From Paraspadella gotoi (lineage: Eukaryota > Animalia > Chaetognatha), in assembly GCA_051294375.1 (NCBI GenBank), contig CM119266.1:11279212-11343211 (forward strand): 64,000 nt of DNA. Reading direction: 5' to 3'. The position numbers and the translations under genes were made by a program. Below, one piece after another: positions 38,702 through 51,722 of the stretch (its first letter is position 1; each line of letters begins with the position of its first letter). Under the pieces are notes generated by a model. It was given only the letters and a program-made list of their open reading frames with translations, ran no database searches and had not been told where the DNA came from.

Positions 38702-40248
38702 GGCGACCAACAAAGTTTCATTAAGAGCTGACACATCTTCTCTAAACGTACTCGGCTTGGTTCCAGATTTGATTGTTTCTATTCAGAAAAATTATAGAGC
38801 GCCATCTCTCGGGAGTTTGTCATCATCATTGCTGCGGATTTTAAGTCCGATAATCTCCAGGCAAAGTTTGCTCTTTTCTGATCACCCCCCAGCAGGAAAA
38901 AAATGGCGGTAGAGAGACCGATGAACACGATTAGCGAGTGGATTTCGATTCGAGTTGAAGACAAGGAGAAAATTTACGAATGAGAAGCGAGAAAGAAAAG
39001 ATAAGTTAAAAAGAAAAAAATGTTAAAAAAAGATAAGAACGAGCGGCCAGAGGATTTGGAGGCCAATGAGAAATGAGGCAAGGGGTAATGAAGTCCAGAG
39101 ATTTATGGGAGGAAAAAAAAACCCCAAAAATAGTGGTTTTTTCCCCCTAAGCGTATGAGAAGGTGGGCTTAGAGTGGTTTATAGGGGGAAAATGTGAGGA
39201 GAGGTGGAGAACGAGAAGGAAAACCATTTTGTTTCTTCGTTCTCCGCCGGTGCGAAAAAAAAACGGGCGCGAATGGATCTGGCAGAGATTTAGAAAGGAG
39301 AAGAGAGAGAGAGAAGAGAGTAAATTTCTTAATTTTGGGGAGATTCCCTCTGAGACCATCAGGTATTAAATGATATTTGTTGAAATTATTTGAAATGGTA
39401 ATTAATTTTTAAGCTTTTGTGCTTTGAAGCTGTGTTGCTGAGTCTCGGCTCTGCTGCTACTGTTTCTACTGTTGCTGCATCTCGATGCTACGGTGTCTGC
39501 TGCGTATCGGCCTCTATGCTGCTGCTTATTTTGGTTTCTGTCATTTCTGATGCACGTTTTTCAATGATATATTGGATATTGAGATACTTAATTAAAGTAT
39601 ATTTATTCTATTTTATCTTGGATATATGGATTGAAGAGATTCCGTGTTGAGGGTTATCTCGCAAGTTTCAAGATGAGAGAGCAATTGTGTGAAAGCGCAG
39701 TTGCTTATCTCGTCTTAATAAGTATAGAACGATTCAATTCATATATCAAAGATAAAATAGAAATAGAATAATTTAGTTAATGATTACAAGTAGATCCAAT
39801 GATATGACAGGATGAGGACGATGGAGACAGATCAGGAAGAGATGGACGAGTAGACCAAAAAATAGCGAGAGAGAGAGAGAGAGAGTCTGGATTCGAGGTC
39901 GCGCCACCGGTGGAGGTCACGTGTTGCCCGATCCGAAGTCACGTGACAAACACGGAGGTCGTCAATAGAGATTACACCTCAAACTTCGGCGAGACATGAC
40001 ACTTTTTTTGTTCGTTACGAGAGTGACTGTAAATTCGCTGACGCCGACGATGAATAAGTCATCTTTATTGTTAATTTATTATTCATTATTATTTTTGTTT
40101 ATTAAAGAAGAACCAGCATCCATATATATTCGTATTTTTTAGTCCAATCGTTGTTTTCCCTTTGGCGTTTAAGTGTCACTCTATCTCTATCTGATTCCCT
40201 TCCCCATTCTCTTCTTCCTTCGTCAAGTGTTTACCTGGTGATTGCCAA

Positions 40249-40290
40249 AAACTCACCTCAAACTCACCTCAAACTCACCTCAAACTCACC
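40249..40290. repeat. 11-bp tandem repeat (aaactcacctc) x ~3.8
   Basis: aaactcacctc aaactcacctc aaactcacctc aaactcacc, perfect units. Confidence 0.92.
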
Positions 40291-40360
40291 CTTCCCCAAT
40301 CCCAATCTTCTTCTCACTTCCTTCTCTTGACGCGGGAAACGAAATTTCGTATTCGGTCTC

Positions 40361-40406
<46 letters not shown>

Positions 40407-40549
40407 TCGACTTTGTTTTCTTAATGGTGTTTAAATGTCGCGAGAGGAACGAATTTCTTCCGGCGAAAAATCTTTTCGGAGAAGAAATCCGGAGATCTTT
40501 TCCCATAAAAAAGAAAGAGAGAAAGAGAAAAAAATAGTGAGATAGAGAT

Positions 40550-40590
<41 letters not shown>

Positions 40591-43500
40591 GAGTGAGAGA
40601 GAGAGAGAATTCGTAAAGGGGATTTCCGTCTTCCACTCTCACCGGGATTTCTCATTTTGAATACGATTCGCTTTTTATACTACGCCGCGGTTTGCTTCGT
40701 TTAAATTTTTATTGTTTTTCTTTTTACAGTATAATATTTTTTTAGCGCATCACTTGCTATCCTGAGTGTACGTGAATAGCACACTCGGTAAGTTCTGTGC
40801 CTTGTTTAAGCTTTCTTTATTTTTTTAGGCTTGTCTTGTTTCGTTGAAGAGTTTCCTATTCGATCTTAAATCACATCATGACGTCATAAGGATTCAGAAA
40901 CTCTGAAACCCTAAATCGTCTTCGAGATGCTATATNNNNNNNNNNNNNNNNNNNNNNNNNNNNNGCTATTTAGATAAAAGAAAGAGAGAAGCAGGGATGG
41001 GATTGAGGATGGGAATGGGTTGAAAGGAACGAGGACGAGAGAGAGAGATGAGCAGAGAGAGAGCAGGAGAGAGAGAGTGAGAGGGAGAAGAGAGAGAGAG
41101 AGAGAGAGGAGGAGAGATGAAGAGAGAGAGAATCCTTAGAGGTGTTGTGATGAAACAGGTGTGAAGTTCCGATAACTTAGATGGTCAGGACCGAGAATAA
41201 ATAAAGATACAGTCGACCTTTATTTCGCCAAAGAAATAATAAAAAAAAATATTACTTTTGTAAATGAATTACGTATGTCCTGGATACCTAAGACATCTGG
41301 CTTATATATGTTTTGTTTAGACAAATTTTATATATTTTACCGCGATTAGATTTTGGGGTTAGCCATATGTATTATATTGAGAATTACATTAAAGATAGAT
41401 GCTCCCTCTATTTCCATAAGACAACACTAACATCCCTCTACCCATTACATTATAAAAAAAATATACTTCATATAAAGAATATAATTAAATTTAATATATA
41501 GTGAAATAAATTAAATTTTTAATTTTATAAAAAAATTCATAGTCTAACATAGTAAAACCAGTAATCTTGCAATTTTTCATTAATAACAACGAAATTTGAA
41601 AAAAAAAAACCATAAAAAGAAAACGATTTCAAAAACAATTAATGTAAATCCGTCACCGTTCCCGCTCCCTCCTGGTCTCAGCCATTGTTTTGCACGAACC
41701 ACGTTCGACTTCCGATATTAGGAAAAAGAAAGAAAAGAAAATAACATTTGAGCAAATCTGAGATATTTTCTCATATCTCTTTTCCTTTTTGTTCTTTTTG
41801 TTTCCTTTTTTATTCTTTCTTTGTCTCCCCGTGTCTAATATTGTCTCGGCGAGTGGCGCCCTTGAGGAAAGAATAGAAGATGACATCCGGGGGAGGGGGG
41901 AGAGACACAGGGCGTGGGCGTGGCCGGGTATTGTTGGCGCCTTCCCTCCGATCCCCCGGTGGGGGAGACCCTGGCCGCGCCCCCCAGGGGTTGAAACGAA
42001 AACTTGTCGATGATTCTATGAAAAAATTCGCGCGGATGCCGATATGAGGTTATATCGGGAAATAATATATCGAATATTTGCGTGCGTTAGCGTGCGTACG
42101 TGCGTATTGCGTGCGTGTGCCAAACTAAAAAAGGATGTTACAGTTAAAAACAAGAGAGAGAAAAACGGAAACAATAAACGAATTGGTTTATAAATTTTTT
42201 TTAATGTTTCTTCTTTAGTTTCTTTTTTTCTTTTGTTTTGTTACGCTTTTTCGTCCCATGTCATCTTGACAGAAAAACGATACAAAAAGCTAGAAAAAAA
42301 ACAAACGGAACAAAAGAAGGGGGCGGGGGGGCGACATTTCTAAAAAGACTCTCTTTTTTAAAGGCTTAGATATAAAAAAAAAAGGAAAATCGAAATGCGT
42401 AAAAAACGGTCAGAATTCAAAAGCTTGACAAAGGAAAGAAAGAAAAAAAAAAGCCGCTTTGTTGCTTTGTTGTTTTGTTCGTTTTTCGTTTCGTCTTTGT
42501 TAACGTCAAACGAACATTTACGGGAATACAAAGGAAGCGATCATTTATATCATTGTAAACAAACTGAAAACAAACCGTGAAAAATTTCTCGTGCGAAAAA
42601 AACAGTCGCGGTTGACAACTGCCCCTCCATTCCCTTCGTCCTACCCGCTCCTTCCCTTCCCTTGCCCCCCTTCCCTGCCCTTCACGCGCCTCGCATTCTC
42701 CTTCCTTCCGTTCCCTCCTCTTCCTCCCCTTCCCCTTCCTACCCTCCTTTCTCCTTCCCCTCTCTACCCCTCCCCTTTCTCCTTCCCCGAAAAATTTCAT
42801 ACCTTTGCCGCGCGAGCGAGTCTCGATAAAAGGCCCCCTTGTTTCAAAAATTACTAAATATAGAAAAGAAGCGATTTATATTCACTATAAACCGGGAGGG
42901 AAGGNNNNNNNNNNNNNNNNNNNNNNNNNNNNNNNNNNNNNNNNNNNNNNNNNNNNNNNNNNNNNNNNNNNNNNNNNNNNNNNNNNNNNNNNNNNNNNNN
43001 NNNNNNNNNNNNNNNNNNNNNNNNNNNNNNNNNNNNNNNNNNNNNNNNNNNNNNNNNNNNNNNNNNNNNNNNNNNNNNNNNNNNNNNNNNNNNNNNNNNN
43101 NNNNNNNNNNNNNNNNNNNNNNNNNNNNNNNNNNNNNNNNNNNNNNNNNNNNNNNNNNNNNNNNNNNNNNNNNNNNNNNNNNNNNNNNNNNNNNNNNNNN
43201 NNNNNNNNNNNNNNNNNNNNNNNNNNNNNNNNNNNNNNNNNNNNNNNNNNNNNNNNNNNNNNNNNNNNNNNNNNNNNNNNNNNNNNNNNNNNNNNNNNNN
43301 NNNNNNNNNNNNNNNNNNNNNNNNNNNNNNNNNNNNNNNNNNNNNNNNNNNNNNNNNNNNNNNNNNNNNNNNNNNNNNNNNNNNNNNNNNNNNNNNNNNN
43401 NNNNNNNNNNNNNNNNNNNNNNNNNNNNNNNNNNNNNNNNNNNNTGATGAATCCCGCCAAATTTTCCTGTTTATTTTCTTTTTTCTTGGTGATTTTTCTC

Positions 43501-44549
43501 TTTGACTCAAACGATTTTAGCGTAGGAGTTTCACCACTCACGCTGTGAAGAATCTCGGTCGTTAAAAGTGAAGCGATGACGAGTGAGTCTTGGCTTCACG
43601 AACGGGATCACGGGGTCATAGCGAGGGGAAGTGTGAATTGGCGGAAGAAAACGGATTGAATCTTGATAAATTTTGTTTAAAGATGTTCACATGGAATTAA
43701 ATAGAGAGTATGTGAAAGGAATACTTAACTAAGTAAGGGTTTTGTATTTGAAGAAAAAAAGCGTAGAGCAGTTGTTTTATACATATTCAGTACATCGCTC
43801 CGATTTGACAAGTGAATGTTTAAAGACGGTTAATAATAAACAACCTGTGAAGTTTAAAACGTTAACGATGGCTCATCGGTGATAAAAGTAATTATTTAAA
43901 AAAATATATTATCAGCAAAGATGGCGTAAAAATGTGAGCTTCTTAGAGTGAGTGGGGGAAGATAGTGAGGTTTCGTATCGATAAGAAGAGACGCGTGGCC
44001 GCGTGGGGGCGGCATGAAACCGCGTCCGTTAATGAAGAGGGCGTCTTGAGTCGGCTCCAGGAGACGAGAGCGGGTTAAATCGGGTTGATCGCAGCCGCTG
44101 TCGCTGCTGCCGCTGCTGACAGTCGTNNNNNNNNNNNNNNNNNNNNNNNNNNNNNNNNNNNNNNNNNNNNNNNNNNNNNNNNNNNNNNNNNNNNNNNNNN
44201 NNNNNNNNNNNNNNNNNNNNNNNNNNNNNNNNNNNNNNNNNNNNNNNNNNNNNNNNNNNNNNNNNNNNNNNNNNNNNNNNNNNNNNNNNNNNNNNNNNNN
44301 NNNNNNNNNNNNNNNNNNNNNNNNNNNNNNNNNNNNNNNNNNNNNNNNNNNNNNNNNNNNNNNNNNNNNNNNNNNNNNNNNNNNNNNNNNNNNNNNNNNN
44401 NNNNNNNNNNNNNNNNNNNNNNNNNNNNNNNNNNNNNNNNNNNNNNNNNNNNNNNNNNNNNNNNNNNNNNNNNNNNNNNNNNNNNNNNNNNNNNNNNNNN
44501 NNNNNNNNNTTTTTTTCTTTCGCCCTCTTTCGTCTCCCCTCCCGCCCAG

Positions 44550-44947
44550 GGTGGAGAAGAACGACGATTCTCTCGCCAAATTCCGACACAGGAAGTGGGC
44601 CGACGGTTCCATCCGCATCTTGGGAACCTCTGCTGGACGAAGACGACGCCGAAGAAGACAACGACGCCGCCAACGACGCCGGCAATCGACGCCGCGCGCC
44701 GACTTCGGTCGGCAAACCCGAACTCAGACCGTCGACGGAACGGCGCCATATACTGGAAACGCCGACGACGCCGCCGCCTTCGCGCGACGTCTTCGTCGAG
44801 GGACGCCGCCTCCGTCTCTTTCCGTCGGCGCCAAATCTCGTGACGGACGAACTGACGTCGACGTCGCGTTTGTCCGTCGCCGGTTGGTGGATGGGTCACT
44901 ACAGATGGCAGCACGAGAGCGAGTGCAAAGATGGCGGATGCAGGAAG
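44550..44947 (+). CDS. Candidate coding exon of an unidentified gene (acidic and Pro/Ser/Thr-rich, probably disordered)
   Basis: A polypyrimidine tract ends cccAG (44548-44549) ahead of a GC-rich body. The frame from 44552 is stop-free: WRRTTILSPNSDTGSGPTVPSASWEPLLDEDDAEEDNDAANDAGNRRRAPTSVGKPELRPSTERRHILETPTTPPPSRDVFVEGRRLRLFPSAPNLVTDELTSTSRLSVA... Possible donors are GTTGGT at 44883 (333-nt exon) and AAG|GTGAGT at 44948. Confidence 0.45.
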
Positions 44948-45844
44948 GTGAGTTGATTCAATGGTGGGGGGGAATGGAAGTCGATTGCCATTGCGGTTAA
45001 AGAAGGTTTTGGCGGGAAAAACTGAGAAGCGGCTAACGGGCTAAGACAGGGCGTTGATCCGTGGAAGGGATTAACCATATGTCCCAATGGCGTCGCGATG
45101 TCGTTTCGAGATTCGAAAACCATTATCTTCCTTTTCAAATCCGACAAAAGGACTTTTTGATCGACGAAATATTTAAAAAGATATTATCGTCTCCTTTGTT
45201 CGTCTCAATCGCGTCGTTAAATATATTTCTTTTTTTTTTAAGCAAAAAGTTACTACAACAAAGTCGTTAAACGAGGGAGAAAAAAAAAGCATTAAAAAAA
45301 CTAAACTTTTTTTTTGCGAAAAAAAGGAAGACGATTTGAGAAGAAAGGAAAGGGGAGGTAAAAAAAAAAAGAAGAGAAAAAAAAAGGTTAATAGATAAAA
45401 GGAGACAGAAAAAAAAAAGAAGAGAGCTTCCTCCCTTTTTTTCTTCTTTTTCTCGGGCGCGGCACATCGGCCGGTCGGAGAACATTTAGGTCATAAAGCC
45501 GCTTCCTTCCTTCCTTCCTTCCTTCCTTTTCTTTTTTAATCAAAGTCGATGTTCTAGGAATATAAACCGGGTCTCCTTTATTTTGCGAAATAGAGGAGAA
45601 AACCCCCTTCCAATCCTGCAGCTTTTCTCGACGCCTCGCACCATGATTTGTCTGCACCATGGCGCGTTTCATGACTCTCTTTGAGAATGGCGCGCGTTTT
45701 CCAGATTTGCCTCCTTCTCAGGCGCGAATTTCGACGCCCACTGAGAGACGCGTTTCTTGCCGTTCCAACCTCGATTTCGGGTTTATTTGTATTTGTATTT
45801 ATTCATTTGGAGACCACTTTAGCTACTATCCGAAAAAAATTATC

Positions 45845-46141
45845 TTATTTTAATTTATAGATGGGTTTTTTACTAATCTTCAAAATGTCTTCGTTCAGCC
45901 TTTTTGCACCTAACTTGCCATTTTTCCTCCACCTCCAAGAATTCTCCTCATGCCTCAATCTCGTAGAAATTTTCTGACACAACTTTGGTGTTGCCCTCAT
46001 AAAATTGAGAACCAACCCACTTTTCCGAGTTAATTTAGACTCGATGCCTTGGAACCAATCAGAAACTCTTGTTTTTCGGCAAATCACCGCCTCCTCGCTG
46101 CCAATCAGGGCAGTACATAGGTTATTCACGTAGTCAATCAA
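45845..46141 (-). mobile_element. Possible 5'-truncated, degenerate 3' end of a Tx1/L1-clade LINE ORF2
   Basis: The 98-codon non-repetitive ORF (..NNLCTALIGSEEAVICRKTR..WFQG..LVLNF..ISTRLRHEE.SWRWRKNGKLG..EDILKI) resembles, by recall only, the Tx1 ORF2 C-terminal pattern (LLGxAKxAIWKTR..RLRxE..RWxxxGxL). An A-rich end follows. No RT motifs are seen. Confidence 0.3.
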
Positions 46142-46395
46142 ATTTCAAAATCCCCAAAGCCATTCAACCAATCAATATTTGCTTTGCTACGATAGTTGAA
46201 TTAATTATTAATTAATTATTAATTATTATCAATTATTAAATATTTGTGCAAATAATTTCGTTCCGTGAAGTATTTTTCAAAACTGGTTTTGAAAAATATG
46301 TAAAAAATTTTTTTCAAAACTTTTCAAGTTTAAAACTACTCAACACATATTCGGCTAGAACGACCTTTAGTTATAGCAAAGACACCTGGATACAG

Positions 46396-46428
<33 letters not shown>

Positions 46429-47185
46429 GGGAACAGGCGGACAGGGAGCGGGGAGAGTAGCAGAGAGAGATGAGAGAGAGGGAGAGAGAGAGGAGACACG
46501 AGAAGGAGAGAAGAGAACAGAGAGAGAGAGAGAGAGGAGTCGACGATACTTACAGAAAAAAAGAAGAATATTTTCCATTATTCATCGGTGAGGAATCAAG
46601 AAATCTCCCGCGCTGCGCAATAAAGGAGGCGGAAGTTTGAAAAACGAATGAGTTATGACTTATGAGGTTTTAAGGGAAAAATATAGAAAGGATGAAACGT
46701 AATATAAGAGAATAAAGAAATGAAATAAATGTGAATAAGTTAAAAGGAAAGGAGAACGCGGACACGGGCGGAGATAATGGCTCCTTAAATCTTTGACGAA
46801 TATTACTACTAAAATGGTTTTAGCGAGTTGCTTTTAAAGTTTTAATTTCACCCGTTTCTACCGTATTTATTGTCGCATTTCAAGGCAAAAGTTAAATTTT
46901 TTAAAAAATGTTGGTTTTATTTTTTCTTACTCTCACAAAATTAGTTGTGAAATATCCTTCTAAATGTTTAACTAGTTTTATATCAGATTCTCACAACATA
47001 GACAGGTATTATTTTGCTCTTCTTATTTTTTTTTCGCTTGGTCTACTCTCTCTCACGTCCGGGTTGTGACAACTTTTTCATTTATTCTTGTTTTGCTCAT
47101 TTGCCTTTTATTACTTCTGTGGCAAAGTAATACCAGCAATGAATCTCTCAAGTTACCGCAACTCGTGGAAAACTAGACGAGGGAA

Positions 47186-47317
<132 letters not shown>

Positions 47318-49283
47318 CCGCATACTGTTTTTCTTTCTTATCAGGGCCTTGGGAGTCGCATTGGCTAAGGAAAAAAGTTTTTAAGATTCTTTCACATTTT
47401 AACATAAACGACTATTTCTTTTCCACTATTTTTTATTCACCTTGGATTTCGAAGAAAAATACATGAGCCTGGGTACAAAATAGATGTAAACTAATAAAGG
47501 TTGAATTCATTCTTCCTTTTTAAATTAAAACTCTATTTCATTAACACAACCATTTTCTCTCAACGTAGATCTTACTTCTTCTTCTTCTTCTNNNNNNNNN
47601 NNNNNNNNNNNNNNNNNNNNNNNNNNNNNNNNNNNNNNNNNNNNNNNNNNNNNNNNNNNNNNNNNNNNNNNNNNNNNNNNNNNNNNNNNNNNNNNNNNNN
47701 NNNNNNNNNNNNNNNNNNNNNNNNNNNNNNNNNNNNNNNNAATTTTCGATTCGGTAGAATTTTAATTTGCCCATAAAAATCCTGAAATATCGTTTCTCGG
47801 TGTCGTTGACGCACAGTTATTCACGTCATTGTCGCTGGCTTCATCGTCGGTGTCATCGTCGTCTTTGGCGAATTCGTCGTTATCGTCGTCGTCATCGCTG
47901 TTGCTGATTAAAAAAAATTAGGGATATAAACGGGGAAAAAGAAGAGTTATTTTGATCGGAAATTTCCCTTTTTTCGTTTTTTTAATCTGTTTCGTTTTTC
48001 TTTTTCTTTTTTTATTNNNNNNNNNNNNNNNNNNNNNNNNNNNNNNNNNNNNNNNNNNNNNNNNNNNNNNNNNNNNNNNNNNNNNNNNNNNNNNNNNNNN
48101 NNNNNNNNNNNNNNNNNNNNNNNNNNNNNNNNNNNNNNNNNNNNNNNNNNNNNNNNNNNNNNNNNNNNNNNNNNNNNNNNNNNNNNNNNNNNNNNNNNNN
48201 NNNNNNNNNNNNNNNNNNNNNNNNNNNNNNNNNNNNNNNNNNNNNNNNTGTTTGAATACTAATCGTTTAAAACTAACCATTCGCTCCGACAGAAGGCGCT
48301 TTCCCCCCATTTTTTAACAAAAGGGCATCGAGAGAGAGAGAGAGACTCGTCCCGACCGAAGGCGAAGAAGAGGGAAAAATATTGTTTGTTTCGAGCGGCG
48401 AAATGGCAGCGACAAAACCCGCTTTTGTTGTCCACCCATTTATCGCCCACGCTTCGATATTTTATGGTGCCAAGATGTCTCTGCGAGGGTCCGTCCGTTT
48501 GTCCGTTTGTCTNNNNNNNNNNNNNNNNNNNNNNNNNNNNNNNNNNNNNNNNNNNNNNNNNNNNNNNNNNNNNNNNNNNNNNNNNNNNNNNNNNNNNNCA
48601 GCAGCGGCGTCGCGGGTCGGCCTTCTATTTTTTTCCCCTTTTCGAATCATTTTCGACTCTAAGGAAAAAGGAAAACAACGTTACGTATTTTGTTTTAAAT
48701 GATTATTCGATGAAGATTAATTTTGTTGTTATGATTAAAGTGATTTTATTTTAGCGCTCAGTTTTCGTCCTGCCTCGTGCGAGCCTTAACTAACCGAACA
48801 GAACGTAACAGGAAAGTTTAAAACTTCCCCTTGATTTGTTTTTTTTTTTAATTTTTTTTTTATTTTTTACAAACACTTTTTCCGGCACTAAAAATTAACA
48901 AAAACAAAAGTCGAAGGTTTTTCTTTAAGTAAACAGCTAAGAACTAACTGAAAAAAAGGTTTTCTGTAATTACCTTGTTCCTTTTTAACTATTTAAAAAG
49001 AATATAGAGGTAAATAACAACATCCCTTAAAAAAAAAGAGAAGGAAACCTGCCGTCGACCCGCGCTAAATGATTAGGACGTCGACGGTTTTTTTTTTTCG
49101 CGTTTTCTGACGCCACGGTTGCCACGCCCACTCCCGAGATTTTCCCGCTCGAAATCTCCAAATCCAAACTGAAAAACATTCGCGCAGACGGTTTCCTCGT
49201 TCGGGGCTCAGGTGGGAAATCGCGTCACGTGATCGGATCCTTTGACCTTTTTCTATTGGAACCATTTCTTTTTCTTCTAGGCT

Positions 49284-49285
49284 TT

Positions 49286-49380
<95 letters not shown>
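49284..49380. repeat. (TTTC)n microsatellite
   Basis: Direct reading. Confidence 0.97.
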
Positions 49381-51678
49381 CTCTCTTTCCTTCTTGTCTT
49401 TCTTACTTTCTTTCTATTCTTTCTTTCTTTAGTTTTTTCCCGGCTTCTTTCTTTTTTTTAATAACTTCATAACTTTTTTAATTTTAAATTCTTTCCCTCA
49501 AACAATAACAAATAATTCAAAAAAGCTTAAATTAGTATCTCTCCTTCTCTTTCTTTTTTTCCTTTCCTCTTCTCTTTAAAAACGTTTGAAATTATCCATC
49601 TGTTTCCTTTCCTCTTTTCCTCCCTTCCTTCCTTAAATCACGAAGGAAGATGAGGACGTCCTCATAACTTCCCTTTCGCTCCGACGGAACCCATATTTCT
49701 TCGCTCCCTCGCAGACTCACGGAATCGCGGGGAGTCCCCACGTCTCGTCACGCAGCACTCCGTCTCTCTCGTTTTCTCTCTGTCNNNNNNNNNNNNNNNN
49801 NNNNNNNNNNNNNNNNNNNNNNNNNNNNNNNNNNNNNNNNNNNNNNNNNNNNNNNNNNNNNNNNNNNNNNNNNNNNNNNNNNNNNNNNNNNNNNNNNNNN
49901 NNNNNNNNNNNNNNNNNNNNNNNNNNNNNNNNNNNNNNNNNNNNNNNNNNNNNNNNNNNNNNNNNNNNNNNNNATTTTCTCCGGGGCATCTCGAAATGTG
50001 GAACCGCGCGTGAGAGAGAAATGTGGTTGAATTTCTTCCGTTTTTCATTCTTTCCTTTATTTTCTTTTCTCTTTAGAATTTCAGCGAGATTTTTGTTTAA
50101 CTTTTATATACTATTTTTTTTTCTTTGGCCTTCCTTCTTTCTTTCTTCGCGTTCTCACGAATTTATTTCACTGAGCAAACTTTCTCTTGAATATTTGAGT
50201 TTAAATTTTTTGCCCGTTGATCTAATGAAATTTTTTTTTGGAGGACGCACTATGATCGAAGTGAACGTTAAAATCGGAAAAATTATATAATGGCATATTC
50301 GGATAGCTTAACCAGAGTAATTCTTTAAATTTCCTCACACATATTCTCCTTGTGTATTTTTTTTCTCTCCGACTAATTTAATTATTTGTTTTATCTCCTT
50401 TTTAATCTTTNNNNNNNNNNNNNNNNNNNNNNNNNNNNNNNNNNNNNNNNNNNNNNNNNNNNNNNNNNNNNNNNNNNNNNNNNNNNNNNNNNNNNNNNNN
50501 NNNNNNNNNNNNNNNNNNNNNNNNNNNNNNNNNNNNNNNNNNNNNNNNNNNNNNNNNNNNNNNNNNNNNNNNNNNNNNNNNNNNNNNNNNNNNNNNNNNN
50601 NNNNNNNNNNNNNNNNNNNNNNNNNNNNNNNNNNNNNNNNNNNNNNNNNNNNNNNNNNNNNNNNNNNNNNNNNNNNNNNNNNNNNNNNNNNNNNNNNNNN
50701 NNNNNNNNNNNNNNNNNNNNNNNNNNNNNNNNNNNNNNNNNNNNNNNNNNNNNNNNCCCTTTTTCTTCCCATGTTTCTCGAGCCACCAAGACGAAGGCGC
50801 CGCTTTTACGAGATGAAATTAATCACTGGGATTTCCCATCGACTGTGACGTCGTCGCGAGAGAATCCGGAATGCGTTGCNNNNNNNNNNNNNNNNNNNNN
50901 NNNNNNNNNNNNNNNNNNNNNNNNNNNNNNNNNNNNNNNNNNNNNNNNNNNNNNNNNNNNNNNNNNNNNNNNNNNNNNNNNNNNNNNNNNNNNNNNNNNN
51001 NNNNNNNNNNNNNNNNNNNNNNNNNNNNNNNNNNNNNNNNNNNNNNNNNNNNNNNNNNNNNNNNNNNNNNNNNNNNNNNNNNNNNNNNNNNNNNNNNNNN
51101 NNNNNNNNNNNNNNNNNNNNNNNNNNNNNNNNNNNNNNNNNTTATTATTATTACGCGATTTTAGTATTAATTTAATTATATATTTTTCCTTTTCCTTTTC
51201 TTCTGCACGAGATGTAGTTCATTTTCTTTAGCATCTAATTACAGGGTAATCAAGGCGGACTCTTTTTTTTTTCACTTGTCTTTACGTTAGGCCTGCGCCT
51301 GCCTAAAAAAATGCATCATTAAGCCGCTTTTAGTTTGCGATACGAGAAGAGAAAAAAAATCGTTGTAAGAAAGAAAGGGGAAGAAAAAAAGAATAAAAAA
51401 CTTCCTCTCCGCATAATTTACTAGATTTGTACGCGAAGGTCTTTCTTTTGACTTTCTTTTATTTTTCTGGGTTTTTTTTTTCATCATATTTTTCTTCTTC
51501 TTAAAGTTTTTACATACATGGATTTTTTCCTCATTTTTTTCTCCGTTTTATAAAATGTTTTCCATTTTTCCCCTTTTTTGAAAAAAAAAATTTTTTTCAT
51601 AATTTGTTTTTCCCATTTTTTTTCTCCGCTTCTCTCCCTTCTCTACTCGCTCGACGTCTCTAGGCTAATTGCCAACTT

Positions 51679-51722
51679 GCCGCTTCTCAAACCGCAGGCG
51701 GCCGCTTCTCAAACCGCAGGCC
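51679..51722. repeat. 22-bp tandem duplication gccgcttctcaaaccgcaggc(g/c)
   Basis: 51679-51700 and 51701-51722 are 21/22 identical. Confidence 0.9.
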
